A stretch of DNA of 64,000 nucleotides from Eledone cirrhosa. Its lineage: Eukaryota. Shown here one piece after another: positions 62,820 to 64,000 of this stretch; within the stretch, counting starts at the first letter, position 1; the number at the start of each line of letters is the position of its first letter. A model generated the notes under the pieces. It worked only from the letters and a program-made list of their open reading frames with translations, was not told where the DNA came from and did not search any database. The stretch is taken from assembly GCA_964016885.1 (NCBI GenBank), contig OZ024740.1:21514001-21578000 (forward strand), read 5' to 3'. The translations under genes were made by a program, and so were the position numbers.

Positions 62820-64000
62820 AGGATAGTAGACGGCAGTAGAGGACAGTAGAGGACAGTAGAGGACAGTAGAGGTATGTAGAGGACAGTAGAGGACATTAGA
62901 AGGAAGTAGAGGGAAGTAGAGGACAGTAGAGCTCAGTAGAGGACAGTAGAGGACAGTAGAAGGAAGTAGAGGATAGTAGAGGGAAGTAGATGAGAGTAGA
63001 GGTAAGTAGAGGAGAGTAGAGGACAGTAGAAGACAGTAGAGGACAGTAGAGGGAAGTAGAGGGAAGTAGAGGACAGTAGAGGGAAGTAGAGGACAGTAGA
63101 GGGAAGGAGAGGACAGTAGCGAGAAGTAGAGGACAGTAGAGGACAATCGAGGTCAGTAGAGGGAAGTGGAGGGAAGTAGAGGGCAGTAGACGTCAGTAGA
63201 GGGAAGTATAGAGTAGTAGAGGACAGTAGAGGACAGTAAAAGACAGTAAAGGACAGTAGATGACCGTAGAGGACAGTAGAGGGAAGTAGAGGAATGTAGA
63301 GGACAGTAGAGGACAGTAGAGGGAAGTAGAGGACAGTAGAGGACAGTAGACGACAGTAGAGGACAGTAGAGGACAGTAGAGGACAGTAGAGGACAGTAGA
63401 GGTAAGTAGATGACAGTAGAGGACATTAGAGGACAGTAGAGGGAAGTAGAGGACAGTAGAGGGAAATAGATGAGAGTAGAGGTAAGTAGAGGAGAGTAGA
63501 GGACAGTAGAAGACAGTAGAGGACAGTAGAGGGAAGTAGAGGGAAGTAGAGGACAGTAGAGGGAAGTAGAGGACAGTAGAGGACAGTAGAGGGAAGTAGT
63601 GGGAAGTAGAGGACAGTAGAGGACAATAGATGGAAGTAGAGGAGAGTAGATGACAGTAGAGGGAAGTAGAGGACGGTAGAGGGAAGTACAGGACAGTAGA
63701 TGGAAGTAGAGGACAATAAAAGACAGTAGAGGGAAGTAGAGGACAGTAGAGGACAGTAGAGGGAAGTAGAGGACTGTAGAGGACAGTAGAGGGAAGTACA
63801 GGACAGTAGAGGGAAGTAGAGGAGAGTAGAGATAAGTAGAGGAGAGTAGAGGACAGTAGAGGACAGTAGAGGAGAGTAGAGGTATGTAGAGGAGAGTAGA
63901 GGGCAGTAGAGGACATTAGAGGGAAGTAGAGGACAGTAGAGGGAAGTAGAGGAGATTAGAGGACAGTAGAGGACAGTAGAGGACAGTAGAGATAAGTAGA
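62820..64000 (+). repeat. Start of the second copy of subdomain B
   Basis: ACGTCAG marker at 63190 = 34081 + 29109. Markers GAGCTCAG, GCGAGAAG and ACAATCGAG occur in the same order as in 33711-34890. Confidence 0.92.

Larger units (their letters stand above)
1..64000 (+). repeat. 10-bp satellite array, consensus (AGTAGAGGAC)n, about 6,400 monomers, single orientation, runs off both window ends
   Basis: Every line consists of AGTAGAG followed by a variable triplet (GAC most common, then GGA, also GGC, GAG, GTA, GTC). No unique sequence or inverted block was seen. Confidence 0.99.
42498..64000 (+). repeat. Second copy of a ~29.1 kb tandem duplication; matches ~13392-34891
   Basis: Identical ORFs at offset 29106 (13398/42504), then 29109 after the G run (16155/45264, 25963/55072, 31620/60729, 33824/62933). 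Private variants are shared at ~16695/45804, 26281/55390, 29283/58392 and 30376/59485. Confidence 0.95.

Noticed and set aside
13-63916. Over 200 minus-strand ORFs encoding (YCPLLSSTVL)-like repeats
   Set aside because: The minus consensus GTCCTCTACT has no stop in any frame, and a 10-bp period gives the same 10-aa peptide in all three frames. The ORFs overlap in all frames, are broken by frameshifts and show no codon-position bias.
1-64000. Plus-strand coding under a TAG-reassigned genetic code (SRGQ*RTVED repeats)
   Set aside because: The unit length is not a multiple of 3, single-monomer and 1-bp indels are tolerated, and TAA and TGA variants are frequent in all frames.
1-64000. CRISPR array or repeat-spacer cassette system
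   Set aside because: There are no unique spacers. The variable part is only about 3 nt from a small alphabet, and there are no cas genes or leader.
1-64000. Telomerase-synthesised telomeric tract
   Set aside because: Variants are inherited in multi-kb duplicated blocks, which indicates recombination or replication copying rather than templated addition of a uniform repeat. The monomer matches no telomere motif I recognise.

Overview
The whole 64 kb window is one uninterrupted satellite array of about 6,400 head-to-tail copies of a 10-bp monomer, consensus AGTAGAGGAC (minus strand GTCCTCTACT), all in one orientation. It is most likely eukaryotic heterochromatin, but the organism cannot be identified from the sequence. 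I find no credible gene, RNA gene, transposon or CRISPR array. Every ORF in the track is the stop-free pyrimidine strand of the repeat read as (YCPLLSSTVL)n. The real information is in the order of monomer variants. These record nested duplications with periods of about 1.0, 2.6, 3.0, 4.0, 5.8, 8.7 and 29.1 kb. There are two subdomains: domain A, with a few recurrent indels, and domain B (~33.7-42.5 kb), which has no indels and is marked by ACGTCAG. A poly-G microsatellite can be traced from its origin (GGAGGG > G6 > G10-13), and one common variant is a perfect 5' splice-site consensus. Offsets were derived by hand from the coordinates of identical ORFs and rare marker variants, so breakpoints are approximate.
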